Source of the DNA: Sphaeroforma arctica JP610
Lineage: Eukaryota
Length of the DNA: 64,000 bases
Assembly: GCF_001186125.1 (NCBI RefSeq)
Contig: NW_014040376.1
Location: 22,842 to 86,841, forward strand
Reading direction: 5' to 3'
Shown here: positions 13,612 to 27,472 of the stretch, in pieces
How positions within the stretch are numbered: the first letter of the stretch is position 1
Layout of the letters: each line of letters opens with the position of its first letter
Notes under the pieces: generated by a model
Databases searched by the model: none
Seen by the model: only the letters and a program-made list of their open reading frames with translations
What the model was told of the DNA's origin: nothing
Translations under genes and position numbers: made by a program

Positions 13612-16600
13612 TTAAAAACATTCCTCCCCATTCACATCTTGCATCATTTCGTTATTCGCATCATCAACATCCGCCGTGTCAGGATTCTGCGGCGGAGCGA
13701 AGCCATCCTAGATTGGAAGTTTCCATAGAGGATCATATGAGTTGGTGTCACACGAACAGGTGGTAACACAATCAGGAGTATCGCACTTTAATGGTCACAA
13801 TTTGAGCGCTCAGACACGAATTGAAGCGGTCGTCAGTACAAATCACATAATGACTACGTAGATGTGTTAGATACATCATGATTGTTCAGGTCAAGAATAA
13901 AGCGCGTGACAAATACTCGCACAACACACCGACAACGCACAGTAATTTCAACATCAGTAGCGCTTTGGCGGGTATCTCGAATCTATTGGTGTGCATGGTC
14001 ACGACGGACGACACCGTAAACCACAATACGAACATATCAATGCACTTGATCTATGCCTGCTTCTGTGACGAGATGTGCATCAGCGTTACTTACATCAGTC
14101 TCGTATAAGATAGCCAATATCCTCGTTATGAGTTCATTCCCGGGTGCAGTATCCTGTTCTGCCTGTGGAATGCAAAGTGCAAGCGGACAAACATAATCGT
14201 TCAGAGATCACCATAGTTCTAAGTGCAACGTATACGGTCTGTCCAGAATTCATGACAACTTGCATAGGCTTGTAAAGTACTATGAGAGATACACCTTACC
14301 AAAATAATCACAGAACAATCGAAAAACGGCTTCATCAACACAGAGTGCAATTTGCACTTATTTATGTTTTATGAAGGGCTTTCATGTTGATCACAGGTGA
14401 AAGTTTATCCACAGCAGAAATTGTCACTCATAAGGACATATAACTGGCGCAGCGCACATGGAACTCACCTGGCAAATGCCCTCTACAGTCAGTAATTTGT
14501 TAAAATAGAAGTCTCGTTCCTTCTCTAGTGCTAGTAAACTTCCTTTAACTTTCTCAGCTTCTTGCTTCAATTTTGTGTTCTCTTCTATAAGCGCCGGATC
14601 GACCTATAGAATACAGAGTTCCCAGACCAAAAGGTAGCAAAAATATTGATATCAAAATTTAATAAAAAACATATGACCTTTCCGAAATCATATACAGCAT
14701 ACTAAGAATCCACATTGGAGATTTAGCCTCCCTGTCAAAATATTATATTATCCACATGTCCTACCGACGAGGGATGCGTGTCTATACATTTTTTTTGGGA
14801 GAACGGACTAGTAGCGGAACTCATATACTTGATTATACATATTTTTTCTGAACGTGCCATACCGCGAGGCTTTCGGATATGCAAACGTTGACTGTCAGAG
14901 CAAACTTGAGACGTATTTGAAAAACCCACAAACTCATCAAGTATCCATGGCCTTGGCTCAAAATTTTGCTCTCGCTCGCTGATGTATTCATAAAACTATG
15001 AATAAATGCCGAGACCTTCGTGAAAGGTTTTATATAAGATGTGCAGCATATATATATATATTATAGTCGCTAGGTACACAGAAACAGTTCGCACCGGCGT
15101 GACCACAAAATACTGCTTCGATCTGAATTTTGCCGATAGACGTGTATGTGGAAGTGTGGGACGAGAAGCATACGACACTCACCTCACGGACAACGGTGGT
15201 CGTTGTGGGTGTTGCGGTGGTGGCGGTGCGAATGGGTCCTACACATGTTTATGAGAACAAGCTTTCGCATATAAGGAAATGGGCACCAAATGTAAAATAT
15301 AGTTATGGTATGAATACAGCCGCCTGATGCTATTTCGTGACCAGAGGATCTCGATGAGTAGAATGCTTTCGTCAGTCTAAGGAAACATGAGTTTTACATG
15401 AGGGAGGCAGCCACGTTGTCAGAGTGATATACAGAATCAGTGGTATGTATCGTTTCGATTCGTCATCAGGTGATGGCGCGCGAGAGTGAAGTGTGTTCAG
15501 GTGCTGCTTAATTAATTCCCATACTCCTGTGATCGAGTATCCACCTTAGGCTTTCACAGTATAATATAGATACAAAGCATTCTATGTTAATAATATATAC
15601 TTGAGATAACTTTTCGTACTTACTAAAGAATATCCAGTTGTTATCAGCACACAAATACTGGCATGGTACTATATACACTCGCATTATGTTGCATACTCAC
15701 ACCTATGGGGATATGTATATCAAATATACCTCCGCCAGTGGCCCGTCTGGTGGCTACAGGGGCTGTTTGTGATTTCGGTTTACCGCTCGATGTCGGCCTT
15801 GAAGCAGTCGTTGGCTCAACAGAAGGCATTCTATCACCACCATTCGCCTCATGGAACTTACGGAACCACTGCGGAGGAAACAATTTTTGATGAGTATACG
15901 TATGTGCATACATCTACATTTGTAATAAAAAGGTCTCCGGATAGTAGCTAAAGTACACAATCTTGTGAATAGATTCACACGATGTATATCGCCATAACGA
16001 AACAGGTACCGTTTTAACCCTTGTGAGTAATCATCAGTGTGAAAGTAATTTCCAACTGGGATATTGCGATACTAGAGACCGTTAAAAACTGTTACACCGG
16101 TCACAGAGGATTGGACAACAAAACATGATGCATACATGCGGGACAGATCAACGGTGTACACCGCAACCAATCCAAAGCCATAGTATGAAACGCACATTTT
16201 TTTTTTACTGTAGTCGTAAGTCAATGCAAGGGGTGTCACAGTGGGTTGGAAGTAAAACCAGATTGTGCGGCGTAGTTACATTGCGCGAGTTTGAACGAGA
16301 GCGCTGTTGAGCTGAAACGCTTGAGATGAAATAGTGGCTTACCCTAGCCACGGAAGTTCCGGAAAATGGGTGTCACTATTACGAGTGTCTTCATCATACA
16401 CCTGTATACGTAGACCGCCATAAGGACAGATTGTACGGTGTGACACAATCGCAACTCCTCCGCATCGCCACTAGAATGGACATGAAACAGAACATACAAC
16501 ACAAGAGCAATTCAAAACGACACAATCTGCTCCTAAAGAGCGAGGTCAATTCCACACTAACAGCTATTTTTAAAAGAACGAAGTGGGATTGTGCGCACAG

Positions 16601-17923
16601 GAGTATTTACAGAATGTAAACTCATAATGCGCAAGCATGACGGAAACAAAATATCATCCAAGTGTAATTTAGGGGCGATATTGAACACAGTGATTATTCA
16701 TTTGTTGCATCAGTACGGTCTAAGGGTAATCTCGAGTATGTCACAAACTTGTTCAGCCATACCTGAACGAATTCTAAGTTATCTTGATATTTAGCTCTAA
16801 CGAGCGCTTCGATGGGTACCGTCTGCAGGGAAAGGTACAATTTTAAAAAAGCGAAATTACAACACATGTGGTGTGCTTATCTGAGAGGCAACAAAGGCAA
16901 ACAGTTCCTAAGAGATTCATAATATAACGATACAACTGTACTACAAGACAGACAATTCGCATCGCAGTACTGATTTGCTCGCAACAAGGCAATCTAGAAT
17001 CTATACTTGGATGCAGGGACTAAGGTTAGATACACTGTGTCTTGTTCTACAATCCATTTCAAACCGTTACTTACAGCGACACACAAGGGAGTAGAATCAA
17101 CGTGTGAGCGCGAGAAATCTGGTCCTTAAGACGAAGCCGTTCACATGATATTAGATATCAGTCGACGATCATTGTAGCACAGTGGCAAAACTCAGAGAGC
17201 ACCCAAATAGTGATACTGCTGGATCTCTCCAACATGCTTCAATTACTACATATGTGTGAGATATATTCTGGCATAGCTTTTGCAATAGTCTATAGTTTGT
17301 GTACACTCAGAACTTGAGGATGCATATAACCCTGTTAGCTCTAAATGCGTACGTTACGGTACAAAATGCTGAACTTAGCCCTCGAGTTGTCAATACATAC
17401 AGATATGAGTGCAGGTACCATACGAAAGTAAATTAGCACACCTTGTCAACTTTGACGGTCATAAAAGCTTTTTGCAACACCTTGAGGTTTGAAATCTTAT
17501 CGATTTCAAAAGTCGCAGACTCTTTTACCCTTTTCATATTGAGTGTACCTACATATACAAAAGCAGAGACAAAAGAGACAGATTAATGTTGTTTAAAACT
17601 AATGAACCCTTTTCGAGCTGTATGTAAGACCAAGTGTTTCTATTATTATCGATACCATTAAAGCAACTTCAATATTTAAGCTCTACGTGCACCTAACGGT
17701 CACATCGGAGCTGTCAGTTGGCCACACGAAGAAAAAAATGAGCCTACATACCTGGAAAAAGATCGACAAATATACGACAATATGCATGTCCAGAGCATAG
17801 CTGCTCAACCTTCGTATGATGGGTGCCAGCCAAATCATTGACCCAGTCGACTAGTTGCATACGGCTGTGCGTTGGGACCGCATTTGGTGCAAGATACACA
17901 TTCCGTGCAACTACAGCTGTCAT
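13612..17923 (-). CDS. EB1: EB1/RP family microtubule plus-end-binding protein, 8 exons, ~277 aa
   Basis: Exons 17923-17752, 17548-17442, 16822-16763, 15868-15730, 15238-15183, 14603-14469, 14162-14094, 13707-13612; all GT-AG and phase-consistent. CH domain (SRMQLVDWVN..KVEQLCSGHAYC..LKVLQKAF..KYQDNLEFVQWF), EBH domain (LEKERDFYFNKL..ILYET), acidic tail ending EECF. The ATG lies next to an N gap. Confidence 0.95.
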
Positions 17924-20900
17924 GGNNNNNNNNNNNNNNNNNNNNNNNNNNNNNNNNNNNNNNNNNNNNNNNNNNNNNNNNNNNNNNNNNNNNNNNNNNN
18001 NNNNNNNNNNNNNNNNNNNNNNNNNNNNNNNNNNNNNNNNNNNNNNNNNNNNNNNNNNNNNNNNNNNNNNNNNNNNNNNNNNNNNNNNNNNNNNNNNNNN
18101 NNNNNNNNNNNNNNNNNNNNNNNNNNNNNNNNNNNNNNNNNNNNNNNNNNNNNNNNNNNNNNNNNNNNNNNNNNNNNNNNNNNNNNNNNNNNNNNNNNNN
18201 NNNNNNNNNNNNNNNNNNNNNNNNNNNNNNNNNNNNNNNNNNNNNNNNNNNNNNNNNNNNNNNNNNNNNNNNNNNNNNNNNNNNNNNNNNNNNNNNNNNN
18301 NNNNNNNNNNNNNNNNNNNNNNNNNNNNNNNNNNNNNNNNNNNNNNNNNNNNNNNNNNNNNNNNNNNNNNNNNNNNNNNNNNNNNNNNNNNNNNNNNNNN
18401 NNNNNNNNNNNNNNNNNNNNNNNNNNNNNNNNNNNNNNNNNNNNNNNNNNNNNNNNNNNNNNNNNNNNNNNNNNNNNNNNNNNNNNNNNNNNNNNNNNNN
18501 NNNNNNNNNNNNNNNNNNNNNNNNNNNNNNNNNNNNNNNNNNNNNNNNNNNNNNNNNNNNNNNNNNNNNNNNNNNNNNNNNNNNNNNNNNNNNNNNNNNN
18601 NNNNNNNNNNNNNNNNNNNNNNNNNNNNNNNNNNNNNNNNNNNNNNNNNNNNNNNNNNNNNNNNNNNNNNNNNNNNNNNNNNNNNNNNNNNNNNNNNNNN
18701 NNNNNNNNNNNNNNNNNNNNNNNNNNNNNNNNNNNNNNNNNNNNNNNNNNNNNNNNNNNNNNNNNNNNNNNNNNNNNNATATGTCACTATCTGGTACTCT
18801 ACTCACGACTCAGACTCTACCCTCTAATATGAAAGGTACATTCGTCGTGCTTCGAATCATTAGAATACTTTACTATACCTTTACGTAAAGGCTATATAGC
18901 GGTTTAATAAACCCCACATTGACGAACTCGGAACAAAAAAAATAGAATATGCATCATCAATACAAATATAGGATGACTGACGACACCAGAATTGTCTGTC
19001 ACAGTCGGCTAGAAGTCAAACTCGGCTTCAGGTCTCAGGAGTCAGGACACACATTTTTTTGGTCACTTTTTATTTTTGCCGCCTTTTCTCAACGCAAATA
19101 TAGGCCTCTCTCGTGAGTCGGTGACTCGTCTCGCTGCGAGACGGACGGCGCGTCCCTTCGTCGTTGTGCGAGACCGACGATGTATAATTTAGAGGGCAAT
19201 GCGTTGATTCGTTCAGATTTGAGATTTCCACTCTCTGTTCAAGCATAGTGTATAAGAGGGCTATGGTTCAGGAGACTGTTATCCAATTCAACAACATGCG
19301 CTTTTGAATACTCTCTGTTTATGCTCTACACTGCCCGGTTCCCACTTTATAGTCAAACAAGCGAGTCATAAAGCTTGAGTGTTTGCGATATGCAGAAACA
19401 TATCGCGCGATGAGGGCATAAAACTCACTGCCGTCCGCGATCAAGAAGCGTTCGTAGAGACGCCTGTATTTAAGATCCAACCTTTAGGTTTAAATTCTTG
19501 GACACACTTATTAAGACGCATAAATCGCGGCCGAACTGGCGAGAGTGTGATGATCGAATGTAAATTAAACTATACCTGTTTAACCACAGAAAATGCGTTA
19601 AAGTAAACATGTACAGCTAAGCCAAGGAGTGATCCTGGTTGTGCATATTAAATAATATATATATATATANNNNNNNNNNNNNNNNNNNNNNNNNNNNNNN
19701 NNNNNNNNNNNNNNNNNNNNNNNNNNNNNNNNNNNNNNNNNNNNNNNNNNNNNNNNNNNNNNNNNNNNNNNNNNNNNNNNNNNNNNNNNNNNNNNNNNNN
19801 NNNNNNNNNNNNNNNNNNNNNNNNNNNNNNNNNNNNNNNNNNNNNNNNNNNNNNNNNNNNNNNNNNNNNNNNNNNNNNNNNNNNNNNNNNNNNNNNNNNN
19901 NNNNNNNNNNNNNNNNNNNNNNNNNNNNNNNNNNNNNNNNNNNNNNNNNNNNNNNNNNNNNNNNNNNNNNNNNNNNNNNNNNNNNNNNNNNNNNNNNNNN
20001 NNNNNNNNNNNNNNNNNNNNNNNNNNNNNNNNNNNNNNNNNNNNNNNNNNNNNNNNNNNNNNNNNNNNNNNNNNNNNNNNNNNNNNNNNNNNNNNNNNNN
20101 NNNNNNNNNNNNNNNNNNNNNNNNNNNNNNNNNNNNNNNNNNNNNNNNNNNNNNNNNNNNNNNNNNNNNNNNNNNNNNNNNNNNNNNNNNNNNNNNNNNN
20201 NNNNNNNNNNNNNNNNNNNNNNNNNNNNNNNNNNNNNNNNNNNNNNNNNNNNNNNNNNNNNNNNNNNNNNNNNNNNNNNNNNNNNNNNNNNNNNNNNNNN
20301 NNNNNNNNNNNNNNNNNCATCTACTATATATATACATATATATATATATATATACGTGTATGTGTACACGTCTACACACATACGTATGTGTACATGCATA
20401 TGCATATACATATGTTAAACAATAGACGGAAGTGAATTCTACACATAAATATGCTTACGAAAACGCGAGGTCAACGTGTGGATGAGTGGCCGGTACAGTA
20501 CTGTCCACTAACCGACTCCTCAATCATCAATGGCCACACGCCAGGTTTGACGATTGAGAAAAAAAGGAAGCACTGCAGTCTGCAGTACATGTGCAGTATT
20601 GTTCTAATTGGCAGTATGTTCATATTTATAATTCAACAATGTAAAAGTGTAAATACTTCCAAAAAAAAAGGATACATTCGAACTAGGATTTAGGAGCACA
20701 TTCTTTCTATATATATTTATAAATTGACAGGTTACGATCGTGGCTTGGGCGGCGCCGCGGCGGCCTAGTGCCCGGCTTGAGGTCTGGACGTATGCTCTCT
20801 TTAGAGTAGTAGTAGTGTGCACTGAACTGGGCCCAGGGCCAGTGGCCAGCAGTGGGGAATGTGGATCGATTCTATATTTCTATCCTAAAATAGATACCGT

Positions 20901-22584
20901 CAATAAAAGATTTCAAACAATGTCACCAAAAACTTTGGCAAAAAGCATATAAATACGTATTGAATGCAAATACATATTGAGTCAATCAAAACACTCTATT
21001 GTTTCGATTATTTCACAGGGGAAAAAGCATAGCCTTCTGACTTTTTTTTAGAAGAAGGCTATGAAAAAAGGCAATTTACAGAAACAACTAAAACTATTAT
21101 ACAGTAAATATGTATACAGTTTTAATAAAATACTAGGTTTTATATATATATAGAATTAAAACCTAATTTAAAAAACCTCAGAACGGATAATCATGTATAA
21201 TTCAGAAGGCTATGGATCTGAAAACTTTGTTTCTAAGTATCTGAAGCCAATCAAAATAAAGAGATTTTCCAAAATATATTCTTATAAAAATAATTTTTGT
21301 TTTATTTGTTTGTTTTGCTTGTTTTTGTAATTGTTAGTATTTTTTTATAAACAAAATCAAAAAAATGTGTTGATCTCGCCTTGTGTGAGTCTCTCAGTGA
21401 CAGTTGAAAACTTGAAATCAGAGGGCGTATTTATTTAGAGAAGTTCAGAGCCAACGCCCAACGGTATTTTGTTTTTTAAATAAATAGATATATAATGTAT
21501 ATAAATACGTCTCTCTATTACATAAATAAATACTCTCTGAGAGTCTGACGGTCTGACCTCTGTAGATTACTAGATTCAGATTTGAGATTGTCCTCGACGT
21601 TTATTTTGCACGAAACTGCCTTCAAAAACATTAAAACAGGGAATAAACAAAGTACACAATCAAGAGACCTTGAATAACCAACCCTACATAAGAACCATAC
21701 GTCAGAATTTTCTGAGATTTGGATAGTGCACTCCAAATTCCAAAAATGCAATAAAAAAATTCCCTCAAATTTGAGTGGTGTGGGGTCATGTCTGAGGCCA
21801 CTATAAGGCCACATCACCCATTTGGGCCGAATGACAAATTTCTGGCCGTCAGAAGATGGGGAGTTCAAATCCGATAAGTTTGAGACTCTCAGAGTACAAA
21901 GACAACATTATATTGGTCAAAAGGGTATATTTTGGGCATACCGCAAAATCTGCGAGGTCAACTTTCGAAATAATGGTGCTACAAAAAATTGACCAGCTCA
22001 CATTTTTCAGGACGACGCGGGATGCTCAAAACCGTCGAGAAATCCCGATTTGAGCCAATATTAGTGTTGCCTTATCATGACGTAGGGTCTCCTCAAGGCC
22101 CCGGTTCTTAAAAGTGTGTGAACCATCCACGATAATCAGCTGTAATCCGATTCGTCGAGGTCTATAAATGCTTACATATCATTTCTGGCCGCTGCTATAT
22201 CAGTGTTTTCCGTTTTCTCACTTTCTAGTTTCTGCTGGGGTATGTAATTAAATACTTATGTATGTATTTAATGTAAATTGTGTAGTGTGTACTGTGGTCT
22301 GTGTAGTGGCCTATTCTCTACTAGTAGTGGGGCAAACGGTGGCCGATTGACATTTTCATATACAATATGTATTTATTGCATTTTTTTAATTATCCACGCA
22401 TTTTAACTCGCGAGACAAGAGAAATGAAGGCAAAATCTAATAAGGCAAAACCAAGTGAAGAACCGTGACTTGTACTTCCTTGTGTCGTGCAATGTGGTTC
22501 TTGGTAAATATATATTTAAACAGTATACCAACATACAACCAAGAACATTTCTACATATTGAAACCTACCGCGACATAATAAACC

Positions 22585-23996
22585 ATGGCTACTACTGCAC
22601 AAAAAAATCAAAATCAGCACCTCCACGTGAATATGGATGAAGGATCTGTTCGCTTTCTATCCGAGTTTTCGTTACTAGAATCCTCTATCAGTCTGATGCT
22701 GAAAATACCGCACGATTACGTGCATCCTACAGCTTTCGAGGAGTTACAAGAGGGGTCTTACGGTAAAATCGACTATCGTGCACGCGAGTCAAGTGAGGCT
22801 TTGGTCCCGATGTGTAATTCGCAATTACTAGATCCATATTCACAATATCCACTGGCACAGACGCTACTTTACCCGGGCGAACCACTTCACGACGGTCCTC
22901 TTATACGTACATTGAGCGAGACTACGGTAAGTGCACTCGTTCCGTCGTTGCTATATATAACCCTTCCTGTCGATCATCACGCAGCAGTCTAACGAGCATA
23001 TTTGAATATTCCTCGCAGCTGAATTCAGATGCGGGAAGCTCGTTGACTTTCTCGGATATCGCCGAGTTTTCTTCCGATACTCAGGTTGATTTATATAAAC
23101 TTTCAATGTCCTATCATCAATACGGACACAAAGTGCCGGCTGTTTCCAGTACACGTTTGCGGGAAAGACTCAATGGGTATAATATATGCCATCCTGCTAT
23201 TTTAAAATCGTAGGTCGGAACTCCACGCTGTTCGTCGCAAAATAGATTCACCATTGAAGGCGGACAATATAGCCAACAATCCATGTCTTTCATGATTGAT
23301 GCCGTGAATGTTGACGCTGACAGAACAGGACAATTGTACAGTACCGGTATCACTATCATCGAACAGTTTCCGGAGCAGCAAGGCCTTAACCAATTTCGGC
23401 TGGAAAAATTGTCTACTCTACACATAAACTCTAAAGACGATGATACATCCGCGGCAGCTTCTACTCTAATGACTGGCCTCATTCCGGCGTTGCCCTCAAG
23501 TGTTGTTTCTACCTCGGGATCAACCAAAAAATTCCGGAAGGCTCGAAGTTCCTCGCGTAATGGTGTGAAATCGAAAAGCAGAAAATCCAAAGAACGCGCA
23601 GCAAAGCCATCCAAGCAAGCGCATGAACTGTATTCCAGAGAGATTACACCGTTGAAACCAAAACGTCGTCCGCCCATGGTGAAGCAGTACTACTTTACTC
23701 AGATTTGCAATTGTCTGTACGAGCTCCTGGTTCCAGTGAGCTACAAGTTGATATGTGATTATGTCTACAAAAGGCTCCCTGCACCACCGTCAGGATTTTC
23801 TCAGATCAGCAGAGAAAGTATGGAGTCGAGTGTTCGGAAGACAGTTTCGATGTACACTCAGCAGTATAGTACAACACACAAGCAAGTATTTGCCGTTGTC
23901 AACCAGGAAAATGGGTTTGTGATCATGTTTCACCCGGAAGCGGACGCCAGTTCACACTATAAGGCATACCTAAAGCGATGGGATCGTGGTCACTAG
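22585..23996 (+). CDS. Two-exon hypothetical protein with basic region and C-terminal divergent forkhead/winged-helix-like domain
   Basis: Exon 22585(or 22634)-22926 with GTAAG donor; TAG acceptor, then 23214-23996 in frame with the 237-aa ORF. RPP..YY..ICNCL..SYKLICDYVYKRLP..MESSVRKTVSM..VFAVV..MFHP aligns by eye to the forkhead pattern. Confidence 0.6.
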
Positions 23997-24730
23997 CGCA
24001 AATCTTTGCACGTATATGCACCTGAGCCGCGATCTCCTAACATCGCGGGGGACTTACAAGGATCAAGAACCAGAAAAGTGCATCGACGCCAAATATAAGC
24101 CCTTACTGTGGTGAATTCGGCAACGCCATCACCGCCATTGCATCTGCGCATCGTCGTACCTCCCTCGTCAAAATTGTCTGCCCCTCTAGCTAGAATGGAA
24201 GTGGAGGAAAATATTTATTTTTAGAAAAAGATACTGTTACACTATTTATCAGTCTCTTCGATATATAAAAAACTGAAAAAATCATTTGTAGCCCTTCTGA
24301 AATCAAGCAAAAACACAGTTAATATTTTTACGTAATACATATTCGGATAAAAGCAGTGAAAAAAACAATGTTCTATTTTCAGGAGGCTATGAAATACAGC
24401 ACAGATGTTTTTAGGCGGCTATGTAGCCGGCTGCATATCATATCAATATGACACATTGAATGTCAGAATGTCATAGAAACGAGAATCTTGGGTTTTGGGT
24501 GCACTAAAACTGACCCATCACATGCCTTCTTACTATTAGACGCTATTTAATTCGGCAATATCCTTATCGTAAATTCACACTGCAAATTTATGATAAGATG
24601 TTTCAAAGGGATGCAGAATCTACCTATGTCACATTTTGGGGTAAGTATGAAATCGGTGCCCAACAGATATAATAACGCCCAGGAGTACGCAACTTTGGAA
24701 CAGTTTTGACTCTTTTGCGCATAATTTGAA

Positions 24731-27472
24731 ATGAAAGACGAGCATTCTAAATCTCTTTTGACTTACCTTGCCTTTCGGCATCCTACTCTTGTGATAGAAA
24801 ATCCGCGACACCATGCTGAATCGAAAATGTCACCAGCAAGCAGGGGCGGTCGAAGGCGATCGAGAATACAATCGATGTCTGTGAAATCGTCCATTGATCC
24901 TATGCGCAGAGATGAGGTTCCTTGTTTCGACTCTGGCTATAAAACATCATCAACAAAAACCAGTTTATACAGCTATCAGGCAAAACAGCCGATGGATATG
25001 TCTTGGGGCCTGAGAGGTGATATTCCGTGTTCAATACTAAAATCGATAACAATTAAGAGCCCATATTTAGTAAAGGATGATAACGGCATAGAAGTCGTAA
25101 GCCAGATTGGACCCGAAAATAGCGGATGTTTTTTGGACGATGATTCCCCAACGGTGTGTATCGGGTCTAGTGTATACCAATGCGATAAATCAACTCTGAA
25201 TTTCATCACACGTTTTCCTTAACGCCTTAATTCAACGTTCTTATACTGTTCTCAGCACCAATTGACTGCTTCTGTGAACTGTTGATTCATTTGTTGCGAA
25301 TAAAATGTGTATATGAGGTATAGTATGTATTCTTCGATACCTAGAATTAGGCGCATCATTTCTAGCAAACAAGCTCGTACACTTTCTTAAAATGGTTCCC
25401 GTTTTATTTATCGCGATCACATGAATTTGTTATAAAGCCAGGCTGCTTCTTGTGGTACCTGCTACCAGTTTGCAGTGATATAATTGGGCCTGCGATTGTA
25501 GCATCACAAGCCTACAATTTCTGTATATCTGCTTTGCCATACTTATCGCTAGCGAAACAACACTTGTACAGAAAAGAGCGACCTCGCAGCGATATCAGCT
25601 TCTACACGCGATAGATCTTGAAGCTTTGCCAGACTTTGAAACAAATGATTTTGAAAGTTACAATAGAGATTCCGACCAACCCGGCGTCAATGATATATTG
25701 TACTATAATGACTTGATGGAAGACACAGTTGCTCCCCATGGCTGTCGTATGGATGATCAAAGATGTATTGTCAAAGGTAAGAACGTATATTGAGTATTCA
25801 AGTTTTACGTACAAGTTGGTTCTGACAATAATTTATTCCGAAACATTGCAGTCCTTCAAATGAGCAAGTAGTTCGTGACCACGAGACATCCAGTGTTTGC
25901 ACATGCCTATGTTTCTGGAAGAGAAAATACATTACATGTAATACATATTATTGTACTTTTTGCATGAAGGTACCTTGTCTACAAAAATGAAAAGATGATT
26001 TGCTTTGAGCACACAAAATTAATAAGACTACACACTTTCGTATATATCCGCATATACTCCTACACAAATGATATGCTAAAGAGTTCTTTATTATATTTTG
26101 ATAGTGTATGTAGTCAAATTCAATATCTCGTCCCCACAACAAAACCTCCTGTGATAGATACAAAACAGTAGGAGTGCACTAGTCGTCGTTTCGCATGAGA
26201 TTGATAATCTGCATTCTATTGTTCAGATATCACGCTGGAGAAAAAAAACAAGAAGGACGAATACGGCATTGGACTGGGGACTGCTCAATATGGACGTCTA
26301 TTTGTAAATTGTATTCGGCCGGGTTCACTCGCAGATAGAAATGGGATAATCTTTGGTGATGAAATTACTATGATCAATGAATCTGAAACCTTGTACTGTA
26401 GTGCACCTCAAGCAGCCAGGTGAGTTTCAGTGGATGGATGTTCATATGTTTTTATGTACAAATCAGTATGTAACTTTTGTATGGGGAGGAATTGAAGTCA
26501 GTGCACGGTACAGTGTGTGTTATTTTGCTTTGAGTCCTGAAAGGTCTTGTTATGCACTTTCTAAATAAAATACCCGAGTTAAAAATGAATTGCTGTAAGC
26601 TACATTTAATAACAAGCAGGTTCGTTTGTCAGGTGAAAGACCAAATTCTATAGCTAGATAGTAGCACAGTTAACAAGCGCAATTGCATATTTAGATGCTA
26701 AGTAAACTATACTTACATATTACGTGTGTGAACAACAAGATGAATAGTTACTAAACCTATATGGCGCTCACATTCTCACATTCAGAGCTATGAAGAACAC
26801 GCTCAAGGTCAATATTCGACTTCGGATACAGCCTTATACACACAGGTTCACTCTCACTAAAGTAAAAAAGCAACCTCTGGGCATGTATCTCGACAAACGT
26901 TGCGTTATAACTCAAGTGTATGAGGGGACTTCTGCCGCCAAAGCAAACATACTTACTGGCCAGAGAATTATTGGAGTGGGAAGGGCCTGTATTCCTGGTG
27001 CTGCTACACCCATGATTGCCGATTGTAAGTGATCACTTGATAATCTCGCACCTAAAAACTAGTATATTTCCTGAATGGTGTTAACAGTTTGCCTGTGAAA
27101 GTAATATTGTATCTGATGAAAGATAAGTTTGTCCCTTCAATCGCTACACTCTTTGTTTGATTATGACAGCCTTTGCGCCACACGTTGACCGATCTCAAAT
27201 ACAATATTCTAACTTGTGAAGGTAAAACAACAATGAGATGGTCTCGCATTGTACGTACCCATCATGCACATATTTGCTCGCTTACATTCTTAAGTAGGCA
27301 ATGAAAACGGCGTGTGATTATCGTAATGAGCCGACAGCCGTATACTAATCTCTCGAGTATACTTGTATTTCTAATAGTACTCTGCCGATGTGGAAGAAAG
27401 GTAGAAATAGCAACAATGTCCATCGAAGTCTACACGCAACTTACAGCAAATTGGGTGACCAGGAGATCTTAA
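24731..27472 (+). CDS. Syntenin (SDCBP)-like tandem PDZ protein
   Basis: Exons 24731-25096 (tentative), 25572-25776, 26227-26419, 26786-27024, 27378-27472; phase-consistent. PDZ1 GIGLG..LFVNCIRPGSLADRNGIIFGDEITMIN; linker IRLRIQPYTHRFTLTK (cf. IRDRPFERTITMHK); PDZ2 ITQVYEGTSAAKANILTG..MIADLL. Confidence 0.8.

Noticed and set aside
17926..20317. Long ORFs full of X in the ORF track
   Set aside because: They span assembly gaps 17926-18778 and 19670-20317; only the EB1 exon part is real.
23117..23677. 186-aa minus-strand ORF
   Set aside because: Antisense shadow of the plus-strand exon 23214-23996.
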